64,000 nucleotides of DNA from Escherichia coli (GTDB lineage Bacteria > Pseudomonadota > Gammaproteobacteria > Enterobacterales > Enterobacteriaceae). Below, piece by piece: positions 22,991-36,565 of the stretch. The translations under genes were made by a program, and so were the position numbers. The stretch lies in assembly GCF_011045215.1 (NCBI RefSeq), contig NZ_CP049201.1, one strand, 5' to 3'. The notes below the pieces were generated by a model. That model saw only the letters and a list, made by a program, of their open reading frames with translations. It did no database searches and was not told the DNA's origin. Numbering within the stretch: the first letter of the stretch is position 1; each line of letters begins with the position of its first letter.

Positions 22991-23346
22991 ATCCGCTCCG
23001 TCGTTATGGTTATAAAAACGTGACGAATATACCTACATTGGAGTAACAAATGATCCTACATAGATCACATTACATATGATAATTCACCATTTATTGATCT
23101 GGATTAATTTAGAAGTTGCATTGAGAATCCTGGTTAACGTGATTTAAATCAATTTTTAAATATTTTCGCTACGCAAATATTAACTCGTTCGCCACTTGCC
23201 GCGGTTTGCCCACGCCTGAAGGCCAGCAATTACCTCCGCTTTACAAAGATATGCTTTTCCATACAAGACCTGATGCTGCCACCCGAGGCTTAACCAGGGT
23301 ACAATTGCCCGCTAATTAACACCTGCATAAAACTCAAGGAGAGTGC

Positions 23347-24090
23347 ATGTCTATCACGGCGCAGTCCGTATACCGTGACACCGGAAATTTCTTCCGTAAT
23401 CAATTTATGACCATTCTGTTGGTATCGTTGCTATGTGCGTTTATCACAGTGGTGTTAGGGCATGTTTTCTCACCCAGTGATGCACAGCTTGCGCAGCTCA
23501 ATGACGGCGTGCCCGTTAGCGGCAGTAGTGGGTTGTTCGACCTGGTTCAGAATATGTCACCGGAACAGCAACAAATTTTGCTGCAGGCTTCAGCGGCGTC
23601 CACTTTTTCAGGATTAATCGGTAACGCCATTCTCGCCGGAGGCGTAATATTAATTATCCAGCTGGTGTCTGCGGGTCAGAGAGTCAGTGCGCTGCGAGCT
23701 ATTGGTGCCAGTGCGCCGATATTGCCAAAGTTATTTATTCTGATTTTTCTGACTACCCTTTTAGTACAGATTGGCATCATGCTGGTGGTCGTTCCGGGAA
23801 TTATCATGGCCATATTACTGGCCCTGGCACCGGTGATGTTGGTACAGGACAAAATGGGCGTTTTTGCCTCGATGCGTAGCAGTATGCGGCTGACTTGGGC
23901 GAATATGCGTCTGGTGGCACCCGCAGTACTGAGCTGGTTGCTGGCAAAAACACTGTTGCTGCTTTTTGCCTCTTCTTTTGCCGCATTAACCCCGGAAATT
24001 GGTGCCGTACTGGCGAACACCTTGAGCAACCTGATTTCAGCCATATTGCTCATCTATCTGTTCCGCCTGTATATGTTGATTCGCCAATAA
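23347..24090 (+). CDS. yciC: Inner membrane protein YciC
   Basis: 247-aa polytopic membrane ORF. K-12 synteny. Confidence 0.9.
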
Positions 24091-24119
24091 CCTTAAGCAT
24101 TTGATTACGGAATCGTAAA

Positions 24120-24659
24120 ATGAAGCAGTTTCTTGATTTTTTACCGCTGGTTGTCTTTTTCGCGTTTTACAAGATTTATGACATCTATGCGGCTACTGCG
24201 GCGCTGATCGTCGCCACGGCGATTGTGCTTATCTATAGCTGGGTTCGCTTTCGTAAGGTTGAGAAGATGGCCCTGATCACTTTTGTTCTGGTGGTCGTCT
24301 TCGGTGGCTTGACGCTGTTCTTCCACAATGATGAGTTTATAAAATGGAAGGTTACTGTCATTTATGCCCTGTTTGCGGGTGCCCTGTTAGTCAGCCAATG
24401 GGTGATGAAAAAGCCGCTAATTCAGCGGATGCTGGGTAAAGAACTCACGCTGCCGCAACCGGTATGGTCGAAGCTGAATCTGGCCTGGGCTGTTTTCTTT
24501 ATCCTTTGCGGTCTGGCAAACATCTACATCGCATTCTGGCTGCCGCAAAATATTTGGGTCAACTTTAAAGTCTTTGGCCTGACCGCCCTTACCTTAATCT
24601 TCACATTGTTAAGCGGTATCTATATCTACCGCCACATGCCGCAGGAAGATAAATCCTAA
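24120..24659 (+). CDS. yciB: Intracellular septation protein YciB
   Basis: 179-aa membrane ORF. K-12 synteny. Confidence 0.9.
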   Translation: MKQFLDFLPLVVFFAFYKIYDIYAATAALIVATAIVLIYSWVRFRKVEKMALITFVLVVVFGGLTLFFHNDEFIKWKVTVIYALFAGALLVSQWVMKKPLIQRMLGKELTLPQPVWSKLNLAWAVFFILCGLANIYIAFWLPQNIWVNFKVFGLTALTLIFTLLSGIYIYRHMPQEDKS

Positions 24660-24763
24660 CCAGACTGCCAGTCCTTCGGGGCTGGCGCTGTATCTCCTCT
24701 GTTCTCCTCAGGAAAATCATAGTAGCATCGCGCCTGTGATTTTCCTTTTAAGTCGGTTTTACC

Positions 24764-25162
24764 ATGTCTACAACACATAACGTCCCTCAGGGCGATCTTG
24801 TTTTACGTACTTTAGCCATGCCCGCCGATACCAATGCCAATGGTGACATCTTTGGTGGTTGGTTAATGTCACAAATGGATATTGGCGGCGCTATTCTGGC
24901 GAAAGAAATTGCCCACGGTCGCGTAGTGACTGTGCGGGTTGAAGGAATGACTTTCTTACGGCCGGTTGCGGTCGGCGATGTGGTGTGCTGCTATGCACGC
25001 TGTGTCCAGAAAGGGACGACATCGGTCAGCATTAATATTGAAGTGTGGGTGAAAAAAGTAGCGTCTGAACCAATCGGGCAACGCTATAAAGCGACAGAAG
25101 CATTATTTAAGTATGTCGCGGTTGATCCTGAAGGAAAACCTCGCGCCTTACCTGTTGAGTAA
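24764..25162 (+). CDS. yciA: Acyl-CoA thioesterase YciA
   Basis: 132-aa hotdog-fold sequence. K-12 synteny. Confidence 0.9.
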   Translation: MSTTHNVPQGDLVLRTLAMPADTNANGDIFGGWLMSQMDIGGAILAKEIAHGRVVTVRVEGMTFLRPVAVGDVVCCYARCVQKGTTSVSINIEVWVKKVASEPIGQRYKATEALFKYVAVDPEGKPRALPVE

Positions 25163-25164
25163 TA

Positions 25165-25194
25165 GTCAAAAGCCTCCGGTCGGAGGCTTTTGAC
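25165..25194. terminator. Bidirectional yciA/tonB terminator
   Basis: Perfect long palindrome GTCAAAAGCCTCCG-gt-CGGAGGCTTTTGAC between convergent genes. Confidence 0.85.
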
Positions 25195-25201
25195 TTTCTG
25201 C

Positions 25202-25921
25202 TTACTGAATTTCGGTGGTGCCGTTAATTTTAAACAGGATATTCACCACAATCCCACTGCCTGGCTTACCCGGCTCATAACGCCATCTGCGCATCGCATT
25301 TTTCACCTCACGCTCAAACATGTTCGCAGGCTTGGCTGAGAGGATTTGTACGTTATCCACGCGACCATCCGGCGTGACGTCAAATTTAACTTTAACCTGC
25401 CCTTCAATGCGCAATGCCTGTGCTCGTGCCGGATACTGCGGCTGATTACGGCTTAATGCGCGTGGTCCTGAAGCCACACTGGTAACCGGCTTGCTGGTTG
25501 CAGCCGTTGCTGTACTTGATGTCGGGCGTGCCGGTGTCGTATTTTCAAACGGTGATGCCGGACGCGACTCTACGGGTTTGACATCGCGTTTTGGCTGCTC
25601 CTGTACCTTTTTCACCGGCTTCGGTTTTGGCTTAGGTTTCGGCTTCGGCTTTTCAATGACCACCGGTGCTTCTTTTGGCGGTTCAGGAATCGGCTCAGGT
25701 TCCGGTTCTGGCTCTACCACCGGCTCCGGTGGCGGCTGAACGGCTTGTGGCGGTTCGAGATCAGCAGGCGCAACCATCGTGACAGAAATCGGCTGCGCAG
25801 GCGCAGGTAGTTCAATAACCTGATGTACCGAGGTATAGAGCAGACCCGCCACAACAGCACCATGAATGCAGACCGAAAGTAACGTCGGCCAGGGGAAGCG
25901 GCGAGGTAAATCAAGGGTCAT
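25202..25921 (-). CDS. tonB: TonB energy transducer
   Basis: [17 protein letters not shown]... with (EP)n/(KP)n spacer. 239 aa. Confidence 0.95.
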   Translation of the reverse strand: MTLDLPRRFPWPTLLSVCIHGAVVAGLLYTSVHQVIELPAPAQPISVTMVAPADLEPPQAVQPPPEPVVEPEPEPEPIPEPPKEAPVVIEKPKPKPKPKPKPVKKVQEQPKRDVKPVESRPASPFENTTPARPTSSTATAATSKPVTSVASGPRALSRNQPQYPARAQALRIEGQVKVKFDVTPDGRVDNVQILSAKPANMFEREVKNAMRRWRYEPGKPGSGIVVNILFKINGTTEIQ

Positions 25922-25968
25922 TGAAGTCATAATCATTTCAGTAGAAAAACCAGGTCTCGATTTTAAAT

Positions 25969-25987
25969 GCAAATAGCAATCATATTC
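25969..25987. promoter_or_regulatory. Fur box-like site in the tonB promoter
   Basis: gcaaatagcaatcatattc matches 12 of 19 positions of the GATAATGATAATCATTATC consensus. tonB is known to be Fur-regulated. Confidence 0.5.
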
Positions 25988-26144
25988 AATAAGGCAAGAC
26001 GATCAGGATCAGTGAAAATGTCATTTTTGGCGTAATTGACCTTACTTTATGCATGGTCTTAACAAAGACATCATCTTTCCGTTGCAGATCTTCGCCCTTT
26101 CAAATAACGTACTTTACAACTTTCCCGAACAAGGAGTTGTGCCC

Positions 26145-26441
26145 GTGTTGTATGTTATTTACGCTCAAGACAAAGCTGATAGCCTCGAAAAACGCCTTTC
26201 CGTTCGTCCGGCACATTTAGCACGTTTACAGTTACTGCATGATGAAGGTCGTTTGTTGACAGCTGGTCCAATGCCAGCGGTAGACAGTAACGATCCAGGG
26301 GCTGCGGGATTTACTGGCTCAACCGTTATTGCTGAATTTGAATCGCTGGAAGCAGCTCAGGCCTGGGCCGATGCTGACCCGTACGTAGCGGCAGGAGTCT
26401 ATGAACACGTTTCAGTGAAACCATTTAAGAAAGTGTTCTGA
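26145..26441 (+). CDS. yciI: YciI-family protein
   Basis: GTG start. Sequence (M)[24 protein letters not shown]..., 98 aa. Confidence 0.9.
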
Positions 26442-26741
26442 GTAGAGATCCAATATTTAAGGGCACGGTTTTTGCAACCGTGTTCTTGTTTGGCCTTTCC
26501 TTATAGGTCGGTCATTGCATTCACCACCACAAGCAGATAATAACTTTATCTGTATTTCTTTATATGATGTGAGCATGTTCAGGAAAAATGCCCTTTCCTG
26601 ACGCAGAGTTGCTCACTCAAAACCTTTGATTACTGCAGATAAAGTCATCTACTATTGTTTAACACATTCACGTGTCGCATGTATGTTCAGAAAATGTGCA
26701 CGTTAAGATAATTAAACAAAATTGTGGTTACAGAGGTATCA

Positions 26742-27995
26742 GTGAGTCACTGGGCTACATTCAAACAAACAGCAACAAATTTATGGGTGACCCTACGGCA
26801 CGACATTCTCGCGCTGGCCGTCTTTTTAAATGGGTTGCTTATTTTTAAAACAATCTATGGTATGTCGGTCAATTTGCTTGATATTTTCCATATCAAAGCA
26901 TTTTCAGAGTTGGATCTCTCCTTGCTGGCAAACGCCCCACTATTTATGCTCGGCGTCTTTCTTGTCCTGAACTCCATTGGCTTACTGTTCCGGGCAAAGC
27001 TCGCATGGGCAATCAGTATCATTTTGTTGTTGATAGCGCTAATTTACACCCTGCATTTTTATCCCTGGCTGAAATTTAGTATTGGATTTTGCATTTTTAC
27101 GCTGGTGTTTTTACTGATACTGCGCAAAGACTTCTCCCACAGTAGCGCCGCAGCCGGGACAATTTTTGCATTTATTAGTTTCACGACATTACTGTTTTAC
27201 TCAACCTACGGTGCGCTTTATTTAAGCGAAGGTTTTAATCCGCGAATAGAAAGTTTGATGACCGCGTTCTATTTTTCGATAGAAACCATGTCAACCGTCG
27301 GCTATGGAGATATTGTCCCTGTTTCTGAATCAGCACGATTGTTCACTATTTCGGTCATTATTTCCGGCATTACCGTTTTTGCCACATCTATGACCTCAAT
27401 TTTTGGTCCGCTTATCCGCGGGGGATTCAACAAACTTGTAAAAGGAAACAATCATACAATGCATCGTAAAGATCATTTTATTGTTTGCGGACATTCGATT
27501 CTCGCTATCAATACGATCCTGCAACTGAATCAACGCGGACAAAACGTAACGGTTATCAGCAACTTGCCTGAAGATGATATCAAGCAACTTGAGCAACGCT
27601 TAGGCGATAACGCTGATGTTATCCCCGGTGACAGTAATGACAGTTCAGTATTAAAGAAAGCGGGAATCGATCGTTGCCGGGCCATTCTGGCGCTGAGTGA
27701 TAACGATGCAGATAACGCGTTTGTTGTACTCTCGGCAAAAGATATGAGCAGTGATGTCAAAACAGTTCTCGCCGTCAGTGATAGCAAAAACCTGAATAAG
27801 ATTAAGATGGTACATCCGGATATCATTCTCTCACCGCAACTGTTTGGCAGCGAAATTCTGGCGCGAGTTTTAAATGGTGAAGAGATTAATAATGATATGC
27901 TCGTTTCAATGTTGTTGAACTCAGGTCATGGTATTTTCAGCGATAACGATGAACAAGAAACGAAAGCTGACAGTAAAGAATCGGCGCAAAAATAG
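26742..27995 (+). CDS. kch: Voltage-gated K+ channel Kch
   Basis: GTG start. TVGYGD selectivity filter plus RCK domain. 417 aa. Confidence 0.95.
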   Translation: MSHWATFKQTATNLWVTLRHDILALAVFLNGLLIFKTIYGMSVNLLDIFHIKAFSELDLSLLANAPLFMLGVFLVLNSIGLLFRAKLAWAISIILLLIALIYTLHFYPWLKFSIGFCIFTLVFLLILRKDFSHSSAAAGTIFAFISFTTLLFYSTYGALYLSEGFNPRIESLMTAFYFSIETMSTVGYGDIVPVSESARLFTISVIISGITVFATSMTSIFGPLIRGGFNKLVKGNNHTMHRKDHFIVCGHSILAINTILQLNQRGQNVTVISNLPEDDIKQLEQRLGDNADVIPGDSNDSSVLKKAGIDRCRAILALSDNDADNAFVVLSAKDMSSDVKTVLAVSDSKNLNKIKMVHPDIILSPQLFGSEILARVLNGEEINNDMLVSMLLNSGHGIFSDNDEQETKADSKESAQK

Positions 27996-28049
27996 AGTTT
28001 AAAGACGGAAGAGTAAACTTATTGGGCACCGCAATGGTGCCCAGTACAT

Positions 28050-28223
28050 TTAGATATTGTAGATCGCAAACAATAACGAGTTACGCTGTTTGTTTAGAAT
28101 GCACTTCCTGATGCTGTGGATACGCATATTTCGGCGCGATTGCCCCTCAAGCCAACGCGATTTACGTCGGCTAGCCTGACGCTGCATGCGCCAGCGCCCC
28201 ACTTCCGTTCTACTCCGCTTCAT
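28050..28223 (-). CDS. yciY: Small basic protein YciY
   Basis: MKRSRTEVGRWRMQRQASRRKSRWLEGQSRRNMRIHSIRKCILNKQRNSLLFAIYNI (57 aa). Sits upstream of clsA. Confidence 0.7.
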   Translation of the reverse strand: MKRSRTEVGRWRMQRQASRRKSRWLEGQSRRNMRIHSIRKCILNKQRNSLLFAIYNI

Positions 28224-28365
28224 GTTAACTACTCTATGCAATAACAGAATGGTCATTATACCCCCGCCCCCGACGCTGACCAGTGGTTTTCCCGCGTTTT
28301 TATTTGCCAGATGAATCCATATGCGTAAACTCATAACAATGCGCTTTCAAAAGGATTTCTAATCT

Positions 28366-30190
<1,825 letters not shown>

Positions 30191-30242
30191 ATAATCACTT
30201 TCGGCGTGAAAAAGGGCTGACAACTGTCAGCCCTTTTTGTGT

Positions 30243-31247
30243 TTAAAGCGGATCGACTTTCAGGCAAGAAACGGCGTGTCTGAAACTCCCCTCCAGCACA
30301 GGACGTGTTTTGGCACACTCCGGACCGGCAATCGGGCAACGGGTACGGAAAACACAACCGGAAGGCGGGTTGATCGGCGACGGTAATTCTCCTTCCAGTA
30401 ACTGGATGGTTTTGTTCTTCTCCAGATCCGGATCAGGTATGGGGACTGCCGACATCAATGCCCTGGTGTAAGGATGTAGTGGATTGTGGTAGACCTCATC
30501 ATAGGTCCCCAGTTCTACCGCATGGCCGAGATACATCACTAACACACGATCGGAAATGTGTTTTACCACGGCCAGGTCGTGAGCGATAAAAATTAATGAC
30601 AATCCCATCTCACGTTGTAACTGCTGGAGCAGGTTGACCACCTGCGCCTGAATTGACACGTCCAGCGCCGACACCGGCTCATCACAGATAATCAGCTTCG
30701 GTTCAAGAATAAGAGCACGAGCAATCCCGATACGCTGGCACTGCCCACCGGAGAACTCATGCGGATAGCGGTTAATCAGGTTAGGCAATAACCCGACTTT
30801 CAGCATCATCGCCTTCACGCGCTCGCGAACTTCCTGGCGTGACATTTTCGGATGATAGGTACGCAGCGGTTCAGCGATAATCTCGCCGATGGTCATACGC
30901 GGGTTTAGCGATGCCAACGGATCCTGGAAAATCATCTGAATATCACTGCGAACGGCACGCCATTCATCGGGCTTCATGCCCAGCAACTCTTTACCTAACC
31001 AGGCAACATGACCGTCGGTCGCCTTGACCAAACCGATGATGGCGCGAGCAAAGGTGGACTTACCGCATCCCGATTCCCCTACCACACCTAATGTTTCCCC
31101 TTCATACAGGCGAAGAGTTACACCATCGACGGCTTTGAGAGTTTTCGGCGGTTGCCAGAACCACTGTTTGCCATCTTTGATTTCAAAGTGCACTTTCAGA
31201 TCGGCGATTTCGAGGAGGACTTTTCTTCCTTCGGTTACAGCATTCAT
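30243..31247 (-). CDS. oppF: Oligopeptide ABC transporter ATPase OppF
   Basis: Walker A GESGCGKST and ABC signature FSGGQCQR. opp operon order. Confidence 0.95.
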   Translation of the reverse strand: MNAVTEGRKVLLEIADLKVHFEIKDGKQWFWQPPKTLKAVDGVTLRLYEGETLGVVGESGCGKSTFARAIIGLVKATDGHVAWLGKELLGMKPDEWRAVRSDIQMIFQDPLASLNPRMTIGEIIAEPLRTYHPKMSRQEVRERVKAMMLKVGLLPNLINRYPHEFSGGQCQRIGIARALILEPKLIICDEPVSALDVSIQAQVVNLLQQLQREMGLSLIFIAHDLAVVKHISDRVLVMYLGHAVELGTYDEVYHNPLHPYTRALMSAVPIPDPDLEKNKTIQLLEGELPSPINPPSGCVFRTRCPIAGPECAKTRPVLEGSFRHAVSCLKVDPL

Positions 31248-32257
31248 AACAGTTCCTCCACCGGTTTAAAGCAAGCACGCAGACGGCCAGGCGTAAACTC
31301 TTCCAGCGGCGGTGCGCTACTACAAATTTCCATCGCATGCGGACAACGTGGCTGGAACGGGCAACCTTTCGGTAATCGCAGCAAGTTTGGCGGATTACCC
31401 GGGATGGTCAACATTGTTTCACCTTCCGCATCAAGACGCGGCACCGCGTTGAGCAAACCGATAGAATAAGGATGAACGGGTTGATAAAAGACATCGCGCG
31501 CATTGCCATATTCCATCGTGCGCCCGGCGTACATTACCAGCACTTTGTCGCAGATCCCCGCCACCACGCCAAGATCGTGGGTGATCATAATGATGGCGGT
31601 ATTAAATTCCCGCTTCAGTTCATTCAATAGCGTCATGATCTGCGCCTGTACGGTGACGTCCAGCGCAGTAGTGGGTTCATCTGCAATCAGCAGCTTAGGT
31701 CGACATAGCAATGCCATCGCAATCATGACTCGCTGACGCATGCCGCCAGAAAATTCGTGCGGGTACATTTTCATGCGTTTACGCGCTTCCGGCATTTTAA
31801 CCGCATCGAGCATCCGCACCGACTCTTCAAACGCCTCAGCTTTGCTCATGTTCTTATGCAGCCTCAGCACTTCCATCAACTGCTCACCGACGCGCATATA
31901 GGGATTCAACGAAGTCATTGGGTCCTGAAAAATCATTGAGATTTGTTCAGCGCGCAGTTTATTGAGTTCACGCTCTGGCAAATTGAGGATTTCACGCCCA
32001 TTGAAGGTTGCCGATCCGCCAATGCGTCCGTTGGCAGCCAACAGGCCCATCAACGCAAATGCAGTTTGCGATTTACCCGAACCAGACTCACCTACAATGC
32101 CCAGCGTTTCTCCGGCACGTAGGGAAAAATTTAAATCATTGACCGCCGTGACGTCGCCGTCCGGGGTACTAAAGGTGACACGCAAATCTTTCACGTTCAG
32201 CAGTGCGTCAGCCTGTTGTTGTGCGAGCGGCACAGTTGCAGTTTCAATTACGCTCAT
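31244..32257 (-). CDS. oppD: Oligopeptide ABC transporter ATPase OppD
   Basis: Walker A GESGSGKSQ and signature FSGGMRQR. Confidence 0.95.
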   Translation of the reverse strand: MSVIETATVPLAQQQADALLNVKDLRVTFSTPDGDVTAVNDLNFSLRAGETLGIVGESGSGKSQTAFALMGLLAANGRIGGSATFNGREILNLPERELNKLRAEQISMIFQDPMTSLNPYMRVGEQLMEVLRLHKNMSKAEAFEESVRMLDAVKMPEARKRMKMYPHEFSGGMRQRVMIAMALLCRPKLLIADEPTTALDVTVQAQIMTLLNELKREFNTAIIMITHDLGVVAGICDKVLVMYAGRTMEYGNARDVFYQPVHPYSIGLLNAVPRLDAEGETMLTIPGNPPNLLRLPKGCPFQPRCPHAMEICSSAPPLEEFTPGRLRACFKPVEELL

Positions 32258-32268
32258 GGCTGCACTCC

Positions 32269-33177
32269 TTAACGATCTTTCGGGTCGAGGGCATCACGCA
32301 AGCCATCGCCGATAAAGTTGAAACAAAACAGCGTCACCACGAGGAATCCCGCTGGGAACAACAGTAACCATGGAGAGACTTCCATCGAGTTCGCGCCATC
32401 ACTCAGCAATGCACCCCAGCTGCTTAACGGCTCTTGCGTACCCAACCCCAGGAAGCTAAGGAAAGATTCAAAGAGGATCATGCTGGGCACCAGTAGCGAT
32501 GCGTAGACCACCACCACACCGAGTACGTTCGGCACAATGTGGCGAATAACAATGCCCGGCGTCGATACACCGCCAACTTGTGCCGCCTCAATAAACTCTT
32601 TGCGCTTCAGACTCAGGGTTTGCCCACGCACAATACGAGCCATATCCAGCCAGGAAACCATGCCAATCGCCACGAAAATCAGCAGAATGTTTTGGCCGAA
32701 AAAGGTCACCAGCAAAATGACGAAGAACATGAATGGGAAGGAGTTGAGGATTTCCAGCAGACGCATCATTACCGAATCCACTTTACCGCCCAGATAACCG
32801 GAAAGCGAACCATAAAGTGTCCCCACGACCACTGCCACCAGTGCCGCAGCAACACCGACCATGAGTGAGATACGCCCGCCAATCGCAACGCGCACAAGCA
32901 GGTCGCGACCGGATGAGTCAGTACCAAAGTAGTGACCGGACTCCATATCCGGGGCGCTGGACATCATCGCCCAGTCAGTATCGTCATAGGCAAACTGCGA
33001 AAGCATCGGTGCCAGGATTACAAATAACGCGATCAGCACCAGCACTATCAGACTGGCAACCGCCGCACGGTTATGCATAAAACGTCGACGTGCGTCCTGC
33101 CACAAGCTGCGCCCTTCGACCTCCAGCTTTTCACTGAAATTTTCCAGCGTCTCGCTGTTTTTCTTACTTAACATCAT
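32269..33177 (-). CDS. oppC: Oligopeptide permease OppC
   Basis: 302-aa ABC permease. Operon order. Confidence 0.95.
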   Translation of the reverse strand: MMLSKKNSETLENFSEKLEVEGRSLWQDARRRFMHNRAAVASLIVLVLIALFVILAPMLSQFAYDDTDWAMMSSAPDMESGHYFGTDSSGRDLLVRVAIGGRISLMVGVAAALVAVVVGTLYGSLSGYLGGKVDSVMMRLLEILNSFPFMFFVILLVTFFGQNILLIFVAIGMVSWLDMARIVRGQTLSLKRKEFIEAAQVGGVSTPGIVIRHIVPNVLGVVVVYASLLVPSMILFESFLSFLGLGTQEPLSSWGALLSDGANSMEVSPWLLLFPAGFLVVTLFCFNFIGDGLRDALDPKDR

Positions 33178-33191
33178 CGCGAGCTCCAGTA

Positions 33192-34112
33192 TCAGTAACG
33201 GATTTTCGGGTCGATAACCGCATATAGCACATCGACAATGGCATTAAACAAAATGGTTAAAGCACCAACCAGGATGGTCAGGCTTAACACTAAGGAATAG
33301 TCACGGTTCAATGCGCCATTAACGAACAGTTGTCCAATCCCCGGCAAACCATAAATGGTTTCGATAACCATAGAACCGGTAATAATGCCGACAAATGCGG
33401 GGCCCATATAAGAGAGCACGGGTAACAGAGCAGGTTTTAATGCGTGACGTAAAATGATCCGCCGCATAGGTAACCCTTTCGCCCGGGCAGTACGAATAAA
33501 ATTGGAGTGTAATACTTCAATCATAGAGCCACGGGTAATACGCGCAATACTGGCGATATAGGCGAGTGACAACGCCACCATCGGCAATATCATGAATTTA
33601 AGCGCCCCACCATTCCAGCCACCGCCCGGCAGCCAATGCAAAATGATCGCAAATATCATGACTAATAATGGCGCAACCACAAAACTGGGGATAACAACCC
33701 CGGTCATTGCCAGCCCCATCACGGTATAGTCCCATTTGGTGTTTTGTTTTAATGCGGCAATAACGCCAGCACTAACACCCAGTATTACCGCAAGGAAAAA
33801 TGCTGCGGCTCCCAGTTTGGCAGAAACGGGAAAACTGGATGCAACCAGGTCATTGACCGAATAATCTTTATATTTAAACGATGGACCGAAATCGCCATGC
33901 GCCAGTTGTTTCAGGTAGCTGAAATACTGTGTCATGATCGGATCATTAAGATGATATTTCGCTTCGATATTGGCCATTACTTCCGGCGGTAAAGTACGTT
34001 CGCCGGTAAAAGGGCTTCCCGGCGCGAGGCGCATCATAAAGAACGAAATAGTAATAAGAATAAATAGCGTCGGAATCGCTTCCAGACAGCGACGTAGAAT
34101 AAATTTTAACAT
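33192..34112 (-). CDS. oppB: Oligopeptide permease OppB
   Basis: 306-aa ABC permease. Operon order. Confidence 0.95.
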   Translation of the reverse strand: MLKFILRRCLEAIPTLFILITISFFMMRLAPGSPFTGERTLPPEVMANIEAKYHLNDPIMTQYFSYLKQLAHGDFGPSFKYKDYSVNDLVASSFPVSAKLGAAAFFLAVILGVSAGVIAALKQNTKWDYTVMGLAMTGVVIPSFVVAPLLVMIFAIILHWLPGGGWNGGALKFMILPMVALSLAYIASIARITRGSMIEVLHSNFIRTARAKGLPMRRIILRHALKPALLPVLSYMGPAFVGIITGSMVIETIYGLPGIGQLFVNGALNRDYSLVLSLTILVGALTILFNAIVDVLYAVIDPKIRY

Positions 34113-34197
34113 TGCCCTACCTTCTGGCCTGTGCCTTCTGTAATGCGATAAAAATCAGACACCGTGGAGCAGGACACTCCTGCCCCACGTATTGCCA

Positions 34198-35829
34198 TTA
34201 GTGCTTCACAATGTACATATTCCGGGTATAGGTATTATCCAGCGGATCTTTGCCGGTATAGCCACCAACCCACGGTTTCACCAGACGCGCATTCACGTAG
34301 TAATAAACAGGAACAATGGCCGAATCCTTATCCAGCTGTTGTTCTGCTTTAGTGTACAGAGCTGTGCGCTGCGCCTCGTCAGTCACTTTCAGCGTTTCCG
34401 CCATAATGCTGTCAAAGGCCGGGCTCTTATAATGCGCCGTATTCATCGAGCTGTTCGACAGCATGGTGTTCAGGAAGGAAGTTGGTTCGTTGTAGTCTGC
34501 ACACCAGCCTGCACGGGCCACATCAAAAGTGCCCTGGTGACGGGTGTCGAGGAACGTTTTCCACTCCTGGTTAACCAGTTTGACGTTTACACCAATGTTT
34601 TTCTTCCACAATGAAGAGGCTGCAATCGCCAACTTTTTATGCAGATCGGAGGTGTTATACAACAGGTTGATGGTCAACGGTTTGTCTGCGGTATAACCCG
34701 CTTCAGCCAGCAGTTTTTTTGCTTCTTCGTTACGTTTTTCCTGGCTCCAGCCAAACCATTCCGGCTGAGTCAATTTTGCGCCATCAGTATACGGTGGAGT
34801 GTAACCATAGGCGGGCATGTCGCCCTGCGCTTTCACTTTATTAACAATGATATCGCGGTCCATACCTAGTTTCAGTGCGGTACGCACACGCACATCGTTG
34901 AATGGCGGTTTCTGGTTGTTAATTTCGTAATAGTAAGTGCACAGGTATGGATCAACGTGAACTTCGTCCGGGATCTCTTTTTTCAGCTTCTGGAACAATT
35001 CGATCGGCATATTGTTATACGTCATGTCGATTTCACCACTACGGTAGCGGTTGACATCGGTAACTTCAGAAGCAATAGGCAAATAGGTTACCTGGTTAAT
35101 AACGGTTTTCGCGTTGTTCCAGTAGGTCGGGCTGCGTTCAAGAACGATTCGTTCGTTTACGACCCAATCTTTTAAGGTATAGGCACCGTTGGTGACGATA
35201 TTACCAGGCTGGGTCCATTTTTCGCCGAATTTCTCGATAGCGGCTTTTGGCACCGGTGAAGTTGATGGGTGAACAAGTAATTTATAGAAGTACGGAACGG
35301 GTTCACTTAAGGTGACTTCTAATGTGTGATCATCAATAGCTTTCACGCCGAGATCGGTAATCGGTTTTTTCCCTTCAAGAATTTCATCAATACCGGCGAT
35401 ATGCCCATATTGCAGATAACTGGCATACGGAGAAGCAGTGTTCGGATCAACAGAACGTTGCCAGCTATACACAAAGTCTTGTGCTGTGACTGGCGTGCCA
35501 TCAGACCATTTCGCATCTTTACGCAAATGGAAGGTCCAGACTTTCGCGTCTTTATTATCCCAGGATTCAGCGACGCCAGGTGCTGGATGACCGTCAAGAT
35601 CGCTGACCAGTAAGCCTTCAAACAGGTCTCGGCTGATATTAGACTCCGGAACACCTTCAATTTTGTGCGGATCTAATGACTGAACTTCTGAACCATTGTT
35701 ACGTACCAGCGTTTGTTTTTCCGCCAGTGTGACGCCTGCGGGTACATCAGCTGCCAGCGCGACATTCCCTGCCATTAGCGCAGCCAGAACGCCAGCTGCT
35801 ACTAAACTTCTCTTGGTGATGTTGGTCAT
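34198..35829 (-). CDS. oppA: Periplasmic oligopeptide-binding protein OppA
   Basis: 543 aa with a signal peptide. Family 5 SBP. Confidence 0.95.
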   Translation of the reverse strand: MTNITKRSLVAAGVLAALMAGNVALAADVPAGVTLAEKQTLVRNNGSEVQSLDPHKIEGVPESNISRDLFEGLLVSDLDGHPAPGVAESWDNKDAKVWTFHLRKDAKWSDGTPVTAQDFVYSWQRSVDPNTASPYASYLQYGHIAGIDEILEGKKPITDLGVKAIDDHTLEVTLSEPVPYFYKLLVHPSTSPVPKAAIEKFGEKWTQPGNIVTNGAYTLKDWVVNERIVLERSPTYWNNAKTVINQVTYLPIASEVTDVNRYRSGEIDMTYNNMPIELFQKLKKEIPDEVHVDPYLCTYYYEINNQKPPFNDVRVRTALKLGMDRDIIVNKVKAQGDMPAYGYTPPYTDGAKLTQPEWFGWSQEKRNEEAKKLLAEAGYTADKPLTINLLYNTSDLHKKLAIAASSLWKKNIGVNVKLVNQEWKTFLDTRHQGTFDVARAGWCADYNEPTSFLNTMLSNSSMNTAHYKSPAFDSIMAETLKVTDEAQRTALYTKAEQQLDKDSAIVPVYYYVNARLVKPWVGGYTGKDPLDNTYTRNMYIVKH

Positions 35830-36565
35830 TGTTTTTGGACTCCCTCATTATAATTACTGGTATTAACCAGCATGTGTAATCCCGGATTGGGACCCTGCAC
35901 AGGCTCGGAGACTTTCTGCTGTCAGGTTACTTTATCGTTACGGATTGCTATCACCGACTTTATTTATTCTGGTGATTCAGACGATCACCTTATGTCGATT
36001 CGTACTGTGTCTCCCCTGTCGAGACACATTATTCTTTCGCGACGCTCTTTAATTGTTAATTATTCTCATTACCAATAAAGAATCGCCTGACGGTTGCCCG
36101 GAAAGTACCAAATGCGGTTCTTACTCGCCAATACATTTTGCAAAATTGTTAAGCAATTCTCTTTTATTGACCGTATCAGAATCTATAGCTTGCATCCATG
36201 TCTTAACAAACATCTTTAAATTCAATCAAATAGAGATTGGTTAAGCATGTCTATCTTTTCTGATTACAGTTCCAGTAGTGAAATGCACAATAATTTAACA
36301 ATTGATTATTATTTAGCACTTTCCTCTACCAAAGGCAGTGGAATTACTAATATCATTTCAATTATTCTTCAGCAAGCCCAGGATTATGATGTGGCGAAAA
36401 TAACATGATGGTGAGGAGAAGCAGTTAAGGAAATCCTTATAACTAACTGTAATTTGAGAAGAATATTTTTACCTATTCCTTTTGCTTTTGATAACTGCGC
36501 GGGAACAAAGTAAAAATAATGACGAAGTAAACGGAGCATGGCAGCTCCGTTTCATTTGAAAGGAA

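Noticed and set aside
25491-25739. Repetitive Gly/Phe-rich antisense ORF and tandem repeats in tonB
   Set aside because: This is the reverse strand of the native (Glu-Pro)n/(Lys-Pro)n rigid spacer of TonB, not an independent element.
36246-36407. 53-aa ORF (MSIFSDYSSSSEMHNN...) in the oppA-ychE intergenic region
   Set aside because: It has no convincing SD. The region is the long AT-rich oppA upstream/leader region present in K-12. There is not enough evidence to call a gene.
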